DNA of 64,000 bases, taken from assembly GCA_963771355.1 (NCBI GenBank), contig CAVYTA010000005.1, positions 944,121-1,008,120 on the forward strand, in the 5' to 3' direction. This DNA is from an uncultured Candidatus Rokubacteria bacterium (GTDB lineage Bacteria; Methylomirabilota; Methylomirabilia; Rokubacteriales; CSP1-6). The first letter of the stretch is position 1. Every line of letters starts with the position of its first letter. The position numbers were made by a program, and so were the translations under genes. The notes below the pieces were generated by a model. It made no database searches, had not been told where the DNA came from, and worked only from the letters and a program-made list of their open reading frames with translations. Below are positions 61,323 to 64,000 of this stretch, piece by piece.

Positions 61323-61507
61323 CACGGGTCCTCCCTCAGCTTCTCCAGTGCCGCCTCGAGCAGCGCCCGGATCTCCGCGTCGCGCTTCCGCCGGGCCTCG
61401 GCCTTCCGCTGCCGGCTCCGGGCGGCCCGACACCGGCCGCTGCAGACCTCCTGGCCGGCGTGGATCGGCACCTTCTGGCAGACGGGGCATAGCCGGGAGG
61501 CTAGCAC
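61322..61507 (-). CDS. Small Zn-finger/coiled-coil phage-like protein
   Basis: CPVC..VCSGRC followed by basic helix; stop overlaps the ATG of the binding-protein gene. Confidence 0.65.
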   Translation of the reverse strand: MLASRLCPVCQKVPIHAGQEVCSGRCRAARSRQRKAEARRKRDAEIRALLEAALEKLREDP

Positions 61508-61635
61508 GCCCCCTCTAGCGGGCGCACGTACGCCGTCCGGGCTCGCTACAGGCGGAGTTTCCTCGGCAGACAGGGTGAGACCCTACTCTTGGCCTTCGGC
61601 GGGCTGGGAGGGCAGGAAACGGGCTCCCTGACGCT

Positions 61636-61923
61636 TCACAGGAGGCGAACCTCGGGCCGGGGGCCCCCATCCACGTAACTGTGAATCAACCGGCCGGTGC
61701 TGGCCGGCCACCGCGGCGGGATGCCGAAGCTCTGAACCCCCAGCATCTCGGGCCAGGTCCCGCGGACCACATGCACGAGAAGGAGACCATGCGGACCGAT
61801 GCCGAGCAGGTTCCACGCCTGGGCGATGGGTCGGAGCAGCGGCACCACGTCGCAGCCGGCCGCCTCGAGGATCGCGGCACTCTGCTCGACGTCGGCTTGA
61901 TGCTGCTCCGCGGGGGTTGGCAT
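61636..61923 (-). CDS. Hypothetical protein (possible degenerate Hjc/PD-(D/E)xK fold)
   Basis: SD AGGAG; E..AA.LEAAG.DV..WNLLGI..GLLLVHV topology; acidic catalytic residues not evident. Confidence 0.5.
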   Translation of the reverse strand: MPTPAEQHQADVEQSAAILEAAGCDVVPLLRPIAQAWNLLGIGPHGLLLVHVVRGTWPEMLGVQSFGIPPRWPASTGRLIHSYVDGGPRPEVRLL

Positions 61924-62070
61924 GGAGTCTCCTAGGAGGCTCAGCGCCTCAGCCAACGGGCTCGACTCGTCCGGGTACCGCGACCCGCTCCACTGTCGGC
62001 AAGCCTTACGGAATCCGCAGGCCCTTGGCACCGCGAGAAGGATTTCAGCCAGTTATGCGGAAGGGCTGAC

Positions 62071-62315
62071 GTGATCCCCGACGCCCGCGAGCTTCACCGC
62101 GTCATCACTGCCAGCGTGCGCGAGTTGCTGGAGACCGCCCGGCTCGAGGCGCAGGCCGGCCCGGTGGACGAGGACCAAATCGAGCGCCTCATCTTCCGCG
62201 CTGCCGCGCCCATCGTCCAGAGCGTGGCTTCGTTGACCGAGGCGCAGCGCGGCGAGCTGCTCTCGCATATCGTCCGCTTAATGTTGACGGCGTTCCTCGA
62301 GCGCATGCGCGATGA
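62071..62315 (+). pseudogene. 81-aa helical ORF, copy 3 (-1 indel near the end causes read-through)
   Basis: VIPDARELHRVITASVRELLETARLEAQAGPVDEDQIERLIFRAAAPIVQSVASLTEAQRGELLSHIVRLMLTAFLE; homologous TGA at 62313-15 is out of frame. Confidence 0.75.
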
Positions 62316-62377
62316 CAACTTGGCAAGGATCCCACGCGGCTGCACGAGTGGTCGGGGGAGGAGCCGATCAAATGACG

Positions 62378-62641
62378 CTAGACGGGTTTGGTCCGCTCCA
62401 GCTCCCACGCCGCGAAGCACCGGAAGTGCAGGTGGTGCGTTTGCTTTCCGCCCACGACTCTACGGAGATCGTCGAAGTGGATCTCCAGTGCCACCTGCTT
62501 GCTTGGAATCGTGACCTCGCAAACCGCGCAGAGTTCCCCGCGGCCCGGCCCGCCGTAGGTGCGATCGGCCGCCCACCCGGGCAAGCGTCGGTGCGAAATC
62601 GCCACGCGCGCCTTCTCGCGGAGAAGCAGCTCGTCAGACAT
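62378..62641 (-). CDS. Small Zn-binding protein (CxxC...HxxC)
   Basis: YGGPGRGELCAVCEVTI...HLHFRCFAAWELER. Confidence 0.7.
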   Translation of the reverse strand: MSDELLLREKARVAISHRRLPGWAADRTYGGPGRGELCAVCEVTIPSKQVALEIHFDDLRRVVGGKQTHHLHFRCFAAWELERTKPV

Positions 62642-62758
62642 GTGGCTAGACATGTTCATAACCATAGTCGCGCTTCTTTTCGCGGAGCGCCAGAGCCAAT
62701 GAAGGAAAGTTTTCGAGCTCTGCAAATAGAGAAATGCGGAACACTCTGCGCGTATGGG

Positions 62759-63031
62759 CTACGCCTCGCGAGCCCGCTTCAACGCCCGGTCGATCTCGGG
62801 CACGGCGTCCGGGGCATGGACGAGCGCGATGCCGCGCAAGGCGAGCGCGTCCGTCAGAAAGCCGGTGAAGAGATAGGGGCCCCGCTTGCCTTTGCGTGCG
62901 CTCGTTTCGGGCTCGACGACCCGGAGCAGACGGGCCGCTACGCTCGAGCTGTTCCTTGCGTGTTTCAAGAGCACGAGATATTGCGCCTCGCTCAGCTCGA
63001 TCTGAACCGCCAGGGTATCGGCCTTCGCCAT
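62759..63031 (-). CDS. Hypothetical protein
   Basis: MAKADTLAVQIELSEAQY...AVPEIDRALKRAREA; paralogous tails at 58709-58812. Confidence 0.6.
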   Translation of the reverse strand: MAKADTLAVQIELSEAQYLVLLKHARNSSSVAARLLRVVEPETSARKGKRGPYLFTGFLTDALALRGIALVHAPDAVPEIDRALKRAREA

Positions 63032-63267
63032 CGTGCCGGCGATATCAGCACGCGCGCTGGAGCGCGTCAACCCGGGAACGGGGGACTGATGGGGGCAGAG
63101 GCTCGGGGGCCGTGGTCTTTATTTATGGAACAGTCGGTTGACTTGGTTCGGTCCCCGAGCCCAGCCGAGAGTATCTGCCAGGAGACAGCCCAGTCAAGCA
63201 GCCATCCGAGGGAGAGAACAGTGATCTACCTCCGCAAGCACACCGACCTCGAGTAGGGGAGGGATCC

Positions 63268-64000
63268 ATGGCCGTCCGACGACACAAGAGTCACGGGAAG
63301 TGAGTCTGGCAGGCACGGGTGGCGTTTCGTGGCCGGCGCACAAGCGTCGACCGCGCCACCTACGCCGAGGCGCGCACCGCTGAGCGGCAGCTCCTTGAGC
63401 GGTTCGAGGCCGAGGCCGAGCGGGAGGCCCAGGCCGCGGCGGCGCCGGCCACGCTGCGGATGCTCTTCGAGGGCTACGTGGCGGACCTCGCGCACTGCCG
63501 CAAGAGCGCGGACACGATCGGCCGCGCGGTCACCACGGCCAAAGCGGTGGAGACGCTGATGCCCGAACTCCTCGATCTGCCGGTGTCTCGGATGGGCGAC
63601 CGCGAGCTCTACGCCTTCACCGGGGCGCGCTCGGCCAAGGCCACGCCCGGCACCATCAATCGGGACTTGCGCACGCTGCGCGCCATGCTCAAGCGGGCCC
63701 GCCCCGAGTACCGGTTCCCGGGTGCCGTGTTCTTCCCCACCAATGACACGCGGGTGCGCTGGCTCCGGCCCGAGGAGGAGATCCTGGTACTCGAGACGAT
63801 GCCCTCCCCCTTCCGAGAGATCGCGAAGCTGGCGGAGCTCACCCTCATGCGGCAAGGGGAGAGCTCCGGACGCTCAAGCGCGAGATGGTGCACCTTGAGC
63901 AGGGCGTGGTGCTCCTTCCCCAGGCTCCTACGTGAACAAGGACGCGATCTGTGGACCGGGCTCATCCTGTTCCACTCGGGCATGCGCCTGGAAGAGTGCG
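63268..64000 (+). pseudogene. Tyrosine integrase N-terminal/core part, inactivated, joined to another integrase fragment
   Basis: MAVRRHKSHGK*VWQARVAFRGRR (TGA 63301), TINRDLRTLRAML, RVRWL..EE, LTLMRQGE then a frameshift near 63860; ends with LILFHSGMRLEEC (a second box I). Confidence 0.85.

Larger units (their letters stand above)
53087..64000. mobile_element. Decayed genomic island / integration hotspot downstream of tRNA-Glu (continues past window)
   Basis: Starts at a tRNA 3' end; visibly lower GC; several integrase fragments, att-like repeats, duplicated small ORFs, pseudogenes. Confidence 0.88.

Noticed and set aside
63301..63303. In-frame TGA in the integrase as selenocysteine or recoding
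   Set aside because: Context (HGK*VWQ) fits a TGG-to-TGA nonsense change, there is no redox motif, and the gene has a second lesion.
53087..64000. CRISPR array, retron/DGR or intact prophage in the island
   Set aside because: No regularly spaced repeats, reverse transcriptase motifs, or capsid/terminase genes seen.

Overview
High-GC bacterial window; gene style and the repeated 'MxRRxFL...GAKPxDLPxEQPTKFELVINLKTAKALGLTIP...ADQVIE' binding-protein family suggest Candidatus Rokubacteria/Methylomirabilota (inference). Positions 1-53086 are dense core genome: uvrA, pyk, several PLP enzymes, SOD, a radical SAM-HhH repair protein, a beta-lactamase-fold/DUF1343 fusion, NAD-linked formate dehydrogenase with a fused NuoE-NuoF partner, queE-queC, ubiD-ubiA-ubiE, a 3xGAF hybrid kinase, HU, tRNA-Gln and tRNA-Glu. 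Two genes are broken in the ORF track because they have an in-frame TGA at the first position of a redox UxxC motif, and are most likely selenoproteins: a glutaredoxin-DinB fusion (13810-14550) and a PDO/AhpF-N-like oxidoreductase (21420-22079). About ten genes look leaderless (TAnnnT 6-9 nt before the start codon). From 53087 to the window end is a decayed integration hotspot. It holds several tyrosine-integrase remnants, an attP-like site with a tRNA-fMet 3' core flanked by arm repeats, an integron-type cassette with a clear attC, a repeated module (XRE HTH / variable small ORF / ~95-bp structured element / 81-aa ORF), and orphan ABC substrate-binding genes. The intact binding-protein gene in the core (44895) carries the same upstream and downstream gene stubs as the island copy, suggesting this family is spread as mobile-element cargo. 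Several single-base frameshifts fall in short homopolymers and may be sequencing errors.
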